Part shown: positions 18,104-26,444 of the stretch, piece after piece
Numbering within the stretch: the stretch's first letter is position 1
Layout: every line of letters begins with the position of its first letter
Virus record (IMG/VR): IMGVR_UViG_3300029319_000077
Location: 1 to 51,907 of that record
Source: a virus
Lineage: Duplodnaviria; Caudoviricetes
Strand: one strand, 5' to 3'
DNA: 51,907 nt
The notes under the pieces: model-generated
Told to the model about the DNA's origin: nothing
Database searches by the model: none
The model's input: only the letters and a program-made list of their open reading frames with translations
Translations under genes and position numbers: made by a program

Positions 18104-19828
18104 TTACTCTTCCTTCAAGCTTGCTATACCTGCAACGCCTGCAACTGGTATAAAAGAAAACATTTGATCTTGGAAATGTTTTTGTCGTGCTTTAGTTTTG
18201 AAAAAATCTTTTTCAAAGTCGGCATCGGTTTGCTTAATAACCTTCAAGCCGCGTTTTTGTAAAATATCGATGACATCTTGGCTAGCATTTTTAGGCACAA
18301 TAGCACCTGCAAATTCATCAAAGCCGACAGCTCGGGTTGGTTTAGCCTCAAAGTATTCAACATTGCGGGTAGCATTCTTGATAAATATATCTTCGAGATC
18401 ATCTAAAAAACCATATGGAGGGTCATTGTATTTAAACTCATTGCGCGTAAATTTTTCTAGCTCGTCAAAGTCAATGTTTTGATTGTAAACATCTTTTAAT
18501 AATTTTTGGTCAAATTTTTTGCCATCTTCAATGGCGATACCAATATCGTTAAGCAAGTTATTGCCGACGCGTGAATAAAATAGGTTGTCTGATCCAGGGA
18601 AGTTATATTGAACCAGCAAATCATCAATTTGCTCACCTAAATCCATTGCGCTAGGTGGTTTATCAGTTAATCTTCCGCGTTCAGCTCTTACGGCTGGAAA
18701 ATCGGCAAACTCTTTAGACATAATCGCTTTCATACGAGCTGGCGAATAGCCACCAGCAAAACCTTCGCCACCGCGTTGCGTTTCTTTTATCATGCTATTA
18801 ACTGCGTTCTCAAGAGTGTAGGGTTTGGTAACTATGGTTTGTTCAAAGTCGTCAAAGTATTGCAGCACGCCGTCTTGGGAGAGAAAACGATCTTTTTCTT
18901 TTTGTCTCCATTTATAAAAATCTTTGGTTATTTTAAACCCAGGATCAGCGGTAGCTTGTTTGAAGAATGGCGAGTTTGGATTAAGTGCAGCCAAGCCGCT
19001 GTCAAAATTAACCATAGCCATGCTTCTTGGTCCCTCAAGAAAGTCGTCTACTTTAAATCCTTGATCTTCTAAAAACTTAAGTTTTGCTAGATCCGAGTCA
19101 AAAAACCTGTCAAGCTCATCTATTCTGTTTTGAGGTTGAAATAAATTATTTTTTTGTAGATTGCGTAAAGCATATTGACCTTGTTCAAGTGTTTCAGTTT
19201 TGTTGTATTTATCAGATAAAGCTTTGTACTCTTTGGTTAGTTTCGACTCAGATCCTTCTTTGGCTAAACGAATTTTCTTTGGCGCTCTAGGTGTGTAGGC
19301 GTCAGCTGAATATATTTTATTGCGAGGATCTATACCTGGATCAAATTTTTCCGGCTTGCCAATAAGTTGAATTTTACCAAACCCTTTGAGCGGAATATCA
19401 CTTTCAGTTACCGCTAGACTTGGTGAGGGTATTCCTCCCATTGCATCAAAACTGCGGATTGCTTCCTCGGAGGTATTGTGAATGAACATTAGGTTTTTTT
19501 TATCTATATTGTCAGCAAGTGTTTCAATACCTTTTTTAGCAACTGCTTTAGCTGGTGCTCCCGCCGCTCCAAGAAAATCTAAAGAGGATAAAAGCATTCC
19601 GAGTTTGTCGCCCTCCGCTTTCGCAAGTTCGCCACCTAGAAAAGGCACAAAAGAAGCAATGTTGCGTAAAACATCGCGTCGACGCATAGCGGGAGATGGC
19701 ACCATTGGCCTGGTAAGATAAGACATAACCGGACCAAGTCTTTCACTTGGTGCTTGGGGCGGTAGAATAGCGCCAAGATCAGGAGATGGTTCAAATATAT
19801 CTATGTTGTCGAGTGTTTCTTGGGCCAT
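18104..19828 (-). CDS. Polyvalent-type protein with a putative ADP-ribosyltransferase-like fold
   Basis: FIHNTS, GGIPSPSLAV, FGKIQLI, DAYTP and YFEAKPTRAV motifs; shares N-terminal LDNIDIF with the next gene. Confidence 0.5.
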   Translation of the reverse strand: MAQETLDNIDIFEPSPDLGAILPPQAPSERLGPVMSYLTRPMVPSPAMRRRDVLRNIASFVPFLGGELAKAEGDKLGMLLSSLDFLGAAGAPAKAVAKKGIETLADNIDKKNLMFIHNTSEEAIRSFDAMGGIPSPSLAVTESDIPLKGFGKIQLIGKPEKFDPGIDPRNKIYSADAYTPRAPKKIRLAKEGSESKLTKEYKALSDKYNKTETLEQGQYALRNLQKNNLFQPQNRIDELDRFFDSDLAKLKFLEDQGFKVDDFLEGPRSMAMVNFDSGLAALNPNSPFFKQATADPGFKITKDFYKWRQKEKDRFLSQDGVLQYFDDFEQTIVTKPYTLENAVNSMIKETQRGGEGFAGGYSPARMKAIMSKEFADFPAVRAERGRLTDKPPSAMDLGEQIDDLLVQYNFPGSDNLFYSRVGNNLLNDIGIAIEDGKKFDQKLLKDVYNQNIDFDELEKFTRNEFKYNDPPYGFLDDLEDIFIKNATRNVEYFEAKPTRAVGFDEFAGAIVPKNASQDVIDILQKRGLKVIKQTDADFEKDFFKTKARQKHFQDQMFSFIPVAGVAGIASLKEE

Positions 19829-19851
19829 AATAGATAATTATAGCCCAAACT

Positions 19852-20649
19852 TTAATTTGATTTTTGAAACGTAAGGCCCTGAACCTTTCTGTTTAAGATG
19901 TTTCTTACTTTCCAATAAGGGAAGTCTGCAAAATCCGGATGATACGCCTGAACTTGTTTAGCAATTTTTCTCGGGCCTAGTCCTCTCTCTCTGCATTTTT
20001 CGATTGTTTTTAAAACCTTTTGTTCTGCAGGGATCTCAACCAATTTCCATCTTGTTTTTCGGCCATGCTTTTCTTTCACTTTTTCATAGCCAAACGGAGC
20101 TGACCCACCAACTGCATAAGACTTCGCAGCCCAGTCAAGTTTGCCGTCGTTAAATCTATCTTTAATGTTGCCGTGTTCTATCTCGGCTACCGCAGATAGC
20201 ACCATCAACATAATCTTATTGGCCATTTCATTCATATCAAATTTTGATCGTAAACCTTTTTCTTCTTTAGGTTTTGGATAAGCAATTGGTATGTCGCCAA
20301 ATTGTTGACAAAAATATAAAGTCACACCGCAGTCTTCAAGGTGCGGAATGATGTTCAGTAGATCTGATGATGTTCTTGATAATCTATCTAAACGAGTCGT
20401 GACAACAATATCGTGTTCGTCAATAACATCGGTCATTGCTCGAGATCCTGTCCTGGTTAAAATAGGCACGGTTCCTGGTTCTCCAGCATCTTCAAAAAAA
20501 TGATCAACCGGTCTATTAAACTTTTCCTGGACAAACTCCTGGATTAATTTTTTTTGCGTTTCAAGTGAGCAGCCACTGGTTGCTTGTTCATAAGTTGAAA
20601 CACGCACATAGCCATAAATATTATTAATTTGTTTTTTTGGTGCGATCAT
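19852..20649 (-). CDS. Serine recombinase (resolvase/integrase family)
   Basis: YGYVRVST catalytic motif, SLETQ, RLDRLSR, GGSAPFGY and a C-terminal HTH-like segment; AAGGAGG RBS. Confidence 0.9.
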   Translation of the reverse strand: MIAPKKQINNIYGYVRVSTYEQATSGCSLETQKKLIQEFVQEKFNRPVDHFFEDAGEPGTVPILTRTGSRAMTDVIDEHDIVVTTRLDRLSRTSSDLLNIIPHLEDCGVTLYFCQQFGDIPIAYPKPKEEKGLRSKFDMNEMANKIMLMVLSAVAEIEHGNIKDRFNDGKLDWAAKSYAVGGSAPFGYEKVKEKHGRKTRWKLVEIPAEQKVLKTIEKCRERGLGPRKIAKQVQAYHPDFADFPYWKVRNILNRKVQGLTFQKSN

Positions 20650-20672
20650 GGTCCCTCCTTTTTCATTTCTCT

Positions 20673-20701
20673 ATATTAAGGTATTTTTATTTTTTTGTCT
20701 A
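20673..20701 (-). promoter_or_regulatory. Sigma70-like promoter for the recombinase
   Basis: Minus strand reads TAGACA, 17 nt, TAATAT. Confidence 0.55.
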
Positions 20702-20716
20702 GTTTTGTATAAATAT

Positions 20717-20778
20717 TTGCATATTTGTGCAATTTATGTATAATTATAAATGTGGTTATTAATTTTACAAAAGGAGGT
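20717..20778 (+). promoter_or_regulatory. Early promoter and leader
   Basis: TTGCAT, 16 nt, TATAAT (20739-20744), then an AAGGAGGT RBS. Confidence 0.65.
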
Positions 20779-20783
20779 TGTTA

Positions 20784-21257
20784 ATGAGTGCATTTTTAGT
20801 TAATCCAAATCATGTTGCAGAGATAGTTAAGTTCGCAAGCAATGAAAGACTTGACTATGCCTACAACTGTTTTACCAAAGAGAGAATAAATTGCGAGCCT
20901 AAGAATATGGTCAAGCTTTTAGCTCAAGCCAATATCGATAGCCTGGTCGCAAGATATGACGAGGATCCAAATGATTATGCGGGTTATGTTGATCAATGTT
21001 TAGAAAACCTTCCGTATGCTACGGATGGTGTTGGCGTCAGCTTGTTGGACGGCGTTGGTTATTGTCAGCTTGGAGCTGACGACATTTACAACATGCTTGC
21101 CTGTTGGAATTATCAGTGTTGCGAAGTTGACAACTGGTTCGAGACTGACGCTTACTGGTTGCATGTTTATTTGAAAGATTTGGCCGCTAGAAAGATGGCT
21201 AAAGAAGCTAACGTGCAGTGGGAATATGTTCCAAACAACGATAAGGAGGTTGCGTAA
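20784..21257 (+). CDS. Hypothetical early protein
   Basis: MSAFLV, N..SL.ARY and YQCCE motifs; strong RBS; ends KEVA. Confidence 0.7.
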   Translation: MSAFLVNPNHVAEIVKFASNERLDYAYNCFTKERINCEPKNMVKLLAQANIDSLVARYDEDPNDYAGYVDQCLENLPYATDGVGVSLLDGVGYCQLGADDIYNMLACWNYQCCEVDNWFETDAYWLHVYLKDLAARKMAKEANVQWEYVPNNDKEVA

Positions 21258-21403
21258 TGGAAATGATTGGTGGATATACTTTGGTTGAAAGACTTGAAAT
21301 GACTATTGAAAATATCAAGTTTCAAAAAGGTAAGGTTTTTTGGGACGATCTTGAGAAACTTGAGTTGATACTTGAGGCGCTTAAAAAGAAGGAGGTGGCG
21401 TAA
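21257..21403 (+). CDS. 48-aa hypothetical protein
   Basis: MEMIGGYTLVERLE...KKKEVA; RBS and TAATG coupling; absent from the ORF track. Confidence 0.7.
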   Translation: MEMIGGYTLVERLEMTIENIKFQKGKVFWDDLEKLELILEALKKKEVA

Positions 21404-21540
21404 TGGAACTAATAGATAAAATTAAAGAATGGTTAGAAAATGAAGTCAAGGCAAACAACAAATATGGAGATGATCCTACTAACACTGCCGAAGACTTGCT
21501 AACAAAAATTAAAGATTGGGAAGCGAAGGAGGTGGCGTAA
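21403..21540 (+). CDS. 45-aa hypothetical protein
   Basis: MELIDKIKEWLE...EAKEVA; RBS and TAATG coupling; absent from the ORF track. Confidence 0.7.
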   Translation: MELIDKIKEWLENEVKANNKYGDDPTNTAEDLLTKIKDWEAKEVA

Positions 21541-21908
21541 TGGGATTACACGTAAACATTTATAAGCAAGACAGAACCGACAGTTGGTTAGGTGACGTTG
21601 ATTGCACGAAGGGTGGATTATCTTCTAAGGTGAAGGGTTTTACAGTGACTAATTGTGAGGGCCCATTTGAACCTTGTGAGGATTATCCTGCTGCTCAAAT
21701 CCTGAAGCAAACGTTTGGGTTTGGGTGTTCTTTGAAACTCGTTCCTGAGTCAAAGATTGATAACAACATGACAGCGTTTGGTGGCAACTATGCATCAACA
21801 TCTGACTCAAGGTTCGGTGAGGCTTGCAGAGAGATAATGGGTGAGGACATTGGGAATGTATACAGTCTTGGCCCTGTTGCAATACATGATAGGGTGTTAA
21901 ATGACTGA
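21540..21908 (+). CDS. Hypothetical early protein
   Basis: MGLHVNIY, DCTKGGLS, FGGNYASTSDSRF and IHDR motifs; start set by the junction repeat. Confidence 0.7.
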   Translation: MGLHVNIYKQDRTDSWLGDVDCTKGGLSSKVKGFTVTNCEGPFEPCEDYPAAQILKQTFGFGCSLKLVPESKIDNNMTAFGGNYASTSDSRFGEACREIMGEDIGNVYSLGPVAIHDRVLND

Positions 21909-22392
21909 TAAAAAAATATTTATTGATATGGACGGGGTCCTGGCTGATTTTATCGCCGGGATCGAAGGTCCTGATTATTTAGATGGCATGTTGTTGGGCG
22001 AGGAAATGTATGACGACAGAAAATATGAATTTATTCACAAAAGACTGTTTAAAAACTTGCCACCTATGGAAGATATGTATGACTTGATGTTGTATATCAA
22101 AAAAACCAAGCTTGATTACGAGATCTTAACTTGCACCGGGCAAATTGAAAGACAACTCGTGCACTATGATAAGGTTGCTTGGATTAAAGAGCATGTTGAT
22201 CCTTTTGTGATTGTAAATTCTACTCTGAAGGGTAAACACAAAGCCGCTTTTGCTGCACCCAATCATGTTTTGATTGATGATAAGGCTGCAAACATCAAAG
22301 CTTGGGAAGAGGCTGGGGGCAAGGGTATTTTCCATGTCAACGCTATGCAAACCATTCTTAAATTACATAAGTGGATCAATGATGAAAAATAG
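21901..22392 (+). CDS. HAD-family 5'(3')-deoxyribonucleotidase-like
   Basis: IFIDMDGVLADF, ILT, K..W and LIDD...N...W...GG.GI motifs. Confidence 0.85.
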   Translation: MTDKKIFIDMDGVLADFIAGIEGPDYLDGMLLGEEMYDDRKYEFIHKRLFKNLPPMEDMYDLMLYIKKTKLDYEILTCTGQIERQLVHYDKVAWIKEHVDPFVIVNSTLKGKHKAAFAAPNHVLIDDKAANIKAWEEAGGKGIFHVNAMQTILKLHKWINDEK

Positions 22393-22582
22393 GCTCAGTT
22401 TTGACCAGGCACAATACAAATATAAATGTATTTGTTATGATGTGTTTCGGCAATCTAATGTCGAATACCCCGACAGGGAGAAAAGTTTTATTAACGAGTT
22501 TGGTGAATGGTGTTTGCGAAATCATCAAGGGGACCCTGTCGCTAAAGTTCAACCAAACGGCTATGTCAAGGTGGGATTATGA
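22382..22582 (+). CDS. Hypothetical protein
   Basis: MKNRLSFDQAQYKY...; overlaps both neighbours in the operon. Confidence 0.55.
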   Translation: MKNRLSFDQAQYKYKCICYDVFRQSNVEYPDREKSFINEFGEWCLRNHQGDPVAKVQPNGYVKVGL

Positions 22583-22953
22583 ACACAAAATTTGAAAATA
22601 TGAAATCGCAAGAACTTTTACAATACGTTTTTGGTGAATATACCCCGGATAGGTTCGTACCCTTTATTGAGAGCTCAAAAAATGATCTAGGACGCACCAG
22701 CGGTTTTATTGATACAGCTACCAATAGTAAAGTTTATCGTAGAAACTTAATTGACAAGGCCATTGAGATCAGAATGCTAGAAATTTGCGAAATTGAAAAA
22801 GAAATGCTGGAGTCACAAATCAAAACAGCAGATCCAAACGATATTGATAAACTTACACGTCAACTTGATCAGTTAGATCATCTAATAGATGAAGTCAACG
22901 AAAATGCTTTGCGTATTATCGGCGAATACGAAAAACGTAACAAGGTTATCTAA
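22579..22953 (+). CDS. Hypothetical protein
   Basis: 124 aa, helical C-terminus, ATGA overlap with the previous gene. Confidence 0.6.
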   Translation: MNTKFENMKSQELLQYVFGEYTPDRFVPFIESSKNDLGRTSGFIDTATNSKVYRRNLIDKAIEIRMLEICEIEKEMLESQIKTADPNDIDKLTRQLDQLDHLIDEVNENALRIIGEYEKRNKVI

Positions 22954-23401
22954 CCGCTTTAGCAATAGCTATAGCATTCTCCAGGGTTCCTATGGTGTTT
23001 TGTTTTTTTAAATAACTTAATTTTTTTTGAAAAGTTTTTCCAAGCTTGTGGTTGGCCACAAAAACTGCTTTATCTATGGGTAAGCACACAAAGGCGAAAA
23101 TATCGACGTCCTTAGGATCGTAGGTGCGGTATTCTTTGCTCCCGGTTTTTTTCTTTTTAATATCCCAACGCACCCATTTATCAGTATGATGATCAAACAC
23201 ATATTCGGTGGTTTTTACTTGAATTTTGAAATTTCCTTGTTCTGAAGTAACCAGGTAATCATAGCGGCAACTCTCTCCAGTGTGTAGAACCTCATCAAAG
23301 ATCCTGGCTAAGTAACTAGCTGCTAGATATTCACCAGCTTTTCCTATTTGAATATTTCTCGTTGGCACAAAGTTTACTTTTTTGTAATAAATAAAATTCA
23401 A
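22946..23401 (-). CDS. PD-(D/E)XK endonuclease (homing-type)
   Basis: GKAGEYLA, YDYLV, IQVKT and VDIFAFV motifs; start uncertain. Confidence 0.75.
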   Translation of the reverse strand: MNFIYYKKVNFVPTRNIQIGKAGEYLAASYLARIFDEVLHTGESCRYDYLVTSEQGNFKIQVKTTEYVFDHHTDKWVRWDIKKKKTGSKEYRTYDPKDVDIFAFVCLPIDKAVFVANHKLGKTFQKKLSYLKKQNTIGTLENAIAIAKAVR

Positions 23402-23408
23402 TCATACC

Positions 23409-23549
23409 TTATTTACCTTGACCACGATATTTCTTGAATGAACGCTTTTTGTGTTTGTTCATTGTGGATGTGTCCGGGCGTCTACCCTGGCTTGTGCCTT
23501 TTTTTGTGTATGTATGCTTTTGTGTAAAGGCTCCAGCTTTTTTAGCCAT
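23409..23549 (-). CDS. 46-aa basic peptide
   Basis: MAKKAGAFTQKHTYTKKGTSQGRRPDTSTMNKHKKRSFKKYRGQGK; the KxYRGQG end is typical of a small phage protein family. Confidence 0.65.
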   Translation of the reverse strand: MAKKAGAFTQKHTYTKKGTSQGRRPDTSTMNKHKKRSFKKYRGQGK

Positions 23550-23641
23550 TATTTTTTACCTTTTTTTAAGACAAAACGCCATACTTTTTGAATACGGCTT
23601 GATTTCATAAGTTTATGGAAAGATTTGAAAATATCTATCAT
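23549..23641 (-). CDS. 30-aa basic peptide
   Basis: MIDIFKSFHKLMKSSRIQKVWRFVLKKGKK; TAATG-coupled to the next ORF. Confidence 0.45.
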   Translation of the reverse strand: MIDIFKSFHKLMKSSRIQKVWRFVLKKGKK

Positions 23642-23642
23642 T

Positions 23643-24071
23643 TTAGGCACACACACTGCTGTAAATTTTTGCATATTTGTGCCAATTATTTTTTAAAATC
23701 TGTAACCAGTCGTTAATCGGAATAATTGCTACTGCATCATTGTTCGCTGGCCAATCAGTATTTATCGCATGCAGTGGTATGCAGACCTCTATAGGCTTGC
23801 GGTTGTATTTGTATACCAGGGCTGGAATGTTATCGCCTGCTGACTCACAAACTTGTTGCCACCAGGGCGACTTATAGCCACAACCCTCTTTGTAAAACTT
23901 ACATTCGACTGCATGAAACGGTATTGTGAGATCACACTCGTTTTTTGTTTGATATTGGTCCAGGTTTCTTTTGGTTTGGAAGTCAATATTGTTATCAGTA
24001 AAGAATGTGTTAAGAATTTTTGCTACTTCTCGCTCAAATTGAGCTCCTTTGTTTCTTGAATTGATCGGCAT
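23643..24071 (-). CDS. Holliday junction resolvase (Hjc-like PD-(D/E)XK)
   Basis: NSRNKGAQFEREVA, CDL, VECK and WWQQ motifs; start set at MPINS. Confidence 0.75.
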   Translation of the reverse strand: MPINSRNKGAQFEREVAKILNTFFTDNNIDFQTKRNLDQYQTKNECDLTIPFHAVECKFYKEGCGYKSPWWQQVCESAGDNIPALVYKYNRKPIEVCIPLHAINTDWPANNDAVAIIPINDWLQILKNNWHKYAKIYSSVCA

Positions 24072-24537
24072 TACTGTTGTATTGGATTGTTTGTTCAAAT
24101 TTGCATAAAAGTATAAACCAAATGTTAAAAAATTGCGAAAAATTTTTGTGGTTTACCTCCCCTAGGTTCATATATAGAAAAAAGGGGGGTAGGGCCTGGA
24201 GCAAGAAACCTTTGCTTTGTAAAAAAGTCATTATTATTTGCGTTCAACTTAGTTTTATACGCTTGCCGACAGCTGCAATATTATATAGGGGTGTGCGGGG
24301 TCCAAAAAAAATGCAAAATCCCTGTAAAAAAGGCATTCCATAGGGGTCCCTGGCAATAGTGTGACACCTCTGCTCAGAGCTACGCGTCTAGGCATTATGT
24401 TGTTCTTTGTATCCTGGCTCTTCTTAGTCCTTTGTTTATGGGCTTTTCCGCGATAGTGCACACTAACTTGTAATTTTTTGTTTTTTTTGGGGGGAGATTG
24501 GTCGAGAGGGGCGTTGTAAGTTTTATTGCTTACTTTT

Positions 24538-25065
24538 TTATTTTTCTTTGTCGAGGTATTTTACTTTGGAAAAATTTGCTGACCTATCTAATTCTTGTAT
24601 TGTTTGCAGAAATTCCATGAAGTCCTGCGGTATAAATCTTACTAAGGTTTCAATGCTTGATAAAACTGATCCTGGATCTTTCCCAAACTTCTTGGCAGCA
24701 GCTGGCACCTCGTGTTCAAAGATTGTGAGCAATATAATTTGTTCTCCATATTCAAAACAATGAATGTTTGGTTCTATCTTTTGATAACCGTTGTCATCTA
24801 ATTCTTGGGTAATAACAGTCCAGGCTCTTTGCATCATGTTAATGCAATTGACTATGTCTTTATTTGATTTCTTGTCCAAGGCATTTTTAAACATAGACTC
24901 AGCTTTGAGAAATTTACTCATAGTATCTGTTGAGAGTAGGTGCATTATTCTTGCGCGGCCACCCCAATCTGTATAAAAGTCTTGTTCTTTACTTCTATAT
25001 TCTTTGATAAGAGTTTTTGTAGAGTCCGTGATCTCTTCGTAACGTTTACGAACTCTTGATCGCAT
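24538..25065 (-). CDS. Hypothetical protein
   Basis: 175 aa, coupled to TerS. Confidence 0.6.
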   Translation of the reverse strand: MRSRVRKRYEEITDSTKTLIKEYRSKEQDFYTDWGGRARIMHLLSTDTMSKFLKAESMFKNALDKKSNKDIVNCINMMQRAWTVITQELDDNGYQKIEPNIHCFEYGEQIILLTIFEHEVPAAAKKFGKDPGSVLSSIETLVRFIPQDFMEFLQTIQELDRSANFSKVKYLDKEK

Positions 25066-25601
25066 TACAGATCTGTTGGTTTTAGGTCATCGTCAACACC
25101 AAGTAATTTACCCAGGCGTTTTTTGATGTCATCCTTATTCATGGCATCTAAGTTAGCGTTGATGTTGAGATTTTGTGTTCTGTTTATGCTCAAACCAGCT
25201 AAATTGTTTAATTCTTTGATCGCAGAGACTGAAGCGTTGTAAGAACCGTTTTCAAAAGCCTCTTCAGCTAATTTCCAAAGCATTGTGCCGGTTTTTTGTG
25301 GTGTTATAGCGTATTTTTGGGCTAATTCGTCCTGTTTTACCCTAATTGCTTTCGTAACATGCGGCATATCTTTGCCGTTGAGCATTTTATTGGCCGCTGA
25401 GGCTGGAAATTCGTATCCAGCACGTCTTGCAGCTTCAGTTTGGGCGCAAGCGCCTTCAGTATAGTGCCAAACAAAGGCTGCTTGCATTTCAGTAAGCCCA
25501 AATTCGTCATCTTTGTTGAACATTTCAGGTGAAGTAGCTAAAGATCTCTTTTTTTCTTTCGTAGATCCTTTTGGGCGTCCTGGTTTTCTAGTTTGTGTCA
25601 T
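25065..25601 (-). CDS. terS: Terminase small subunit
   Basis: LTEMQAAFV..Y, TEAARRAGY HTH and C-terminal AIKELNNLAGL. Confidence 0.75.
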   Translation of the reverse strand: MTQTRKPGRPKGSTKEKKRSLATSPEMFNKDDEFGLTEMQAAFVWHYTEGACAQTEAARRAGYEFPASAANKMLNGKDMPHVTKAIRVKQDELAQKYAITPQKTGTMLWKLAEEAFENGSYNASVSAIKELNNLAGLSINRTQNLNINANLDAMNKDDIKKRLGKLLGVDDDLKPTDL

Positions 25602-25809
25602 AGCTTTTAACCATAAAGTCTAAAACTTGTATTTTGTCATTAATGTTAGTGATCTTGTCAAGATATTCTTCAATTGTTTTCACAACATGTGTGTGATCAG
25701 GTAACGTTTGCAAATTGTCTAGGAATATTTCAAGTTCATTAGAAATACAAACACGTTCGCCTTCCAACTTTTGTTTAATGCCTTGCAACAATTTTATCTT
25801 TTCAGTCAT
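25588..25809 (-). CDS. Hypothetical helical protein
   Basis: 73 aa, AAGGAG RBS. Confidence 0.6.
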   Translation of the reverse strand: MTEKIKLLQGIKQKLEGERVCISNELEIFLDNLQTLPDHTHVVKTIEEYLDKITNINDKIQVLDFMVKSYDTN

Positions 25810-25870
25810 AACATTCTCCTTTTGTTTGTGTTGTTGTGATTATATACGCTTTTATACATTTGTATAGAGA

Positions 25871-26150
25871 CAGGGTACAGTGTACAGGGTACAGCTACTT
25901 TAAACTTTCTATTTATTACACCCCTAAATACCCCATCCAGCACCTAATAACCAATAATCTAAATGTTTACCTATTTTAGGTACACTGTACCCTTTTATGT
26001 GGTAAAACCCTTATAAACAGGGGCTTTGAGGACAGGGTACAGCTCAGGGTACAGCCAGGGTACAGGGCACAACAGAATATCCATTATTGTATAAAAATAT
26101 AAAAACAGGTGCAAAAGTGTAAATAATTACAAGTTACCAACAGGGTACAG
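25871..26150. repeat. Iteron-like cluster, candidate replication origin
   Basis: Six direct CAGGGTACAG copies (25871, 25885, 26033, 26045, 26056, 26141) and a 14-bp inverted repeat (25872-25885/25980-25993) around AT-rich DNA; non-coding. Confidence 0.75.
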
Positions 26151-26165
26151 CCACAAGCTATACAC

Positions 26166-26426
26166 TTAATGAATGGTCCCAAATAATTCTGTTCCGGACA
26201 TGGTGTTGACAAATAATGGCGTGTCGTCCCCCATCTTTATCTTGATCATGTGGTCGCGCATAAACTCATTAGCAGCCATCGCATCTAGTTGCGCCTGCTC
26301 TTGTAAAATAGCAACACATTTTTCGTAATCATACACAACTCTCGACTTATCAGTGAGCGGATCGGAAGCGATCCCCAGGATTGCCTCATCAAAGCCATTG
26401 GCAGTTATAAAAAGTTTATTTGTCAT
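26166..26426 (-). CDS. Conserved hypothetical phage protein
   Basis: GFDEAILG, VVYDYEKC and TPLF motifs. Confidence 0.65.
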   Translation of the reverse strand: MTNKLFITANGFDEAILGIASDPLTDKSRVVYDYEKCVAILQEQAQLDAMAANEFMRDHMIKIKMGDDTPLFVNTMSGTELFGTIH

Positions 26427-26444
26427 TTTTGTAGTATACAGTAT

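Larger units (their letters stand above)
21243..21543 (+). repeat. Three 18-bp gene-junction repeats AAGGAGGTKGCGTAATGG
   Basis: Copies at 21243, 21389 and 21526; each is an RBS plus TAATG stop/start. Confidence 0.85.

Noticed and set aside
18198-18482. Antisense ORF within the ART-like gene as a second immunity gene
   Set aside because: TTG start, Ser-rich shadow composition and no promoter, unlike 16810-17043.
19852-20649. IS607-type insertion sequence
   Set aside because: No N-terminal MerR-like HTH and no adjacent tnpB.
24034-24461. Three short ORFs in the 24.1-24.5 kb gap
   Set aside because: Mutually overlapping, run through homopolymer tracts, and have no RBS or recognisable motifs.
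25871-26150. Possible CRISPR array
   Set aside because: Repeats are only 10 bp with irregular spacing (1-138 nt) and there are no cas genes; they fit iterons better.
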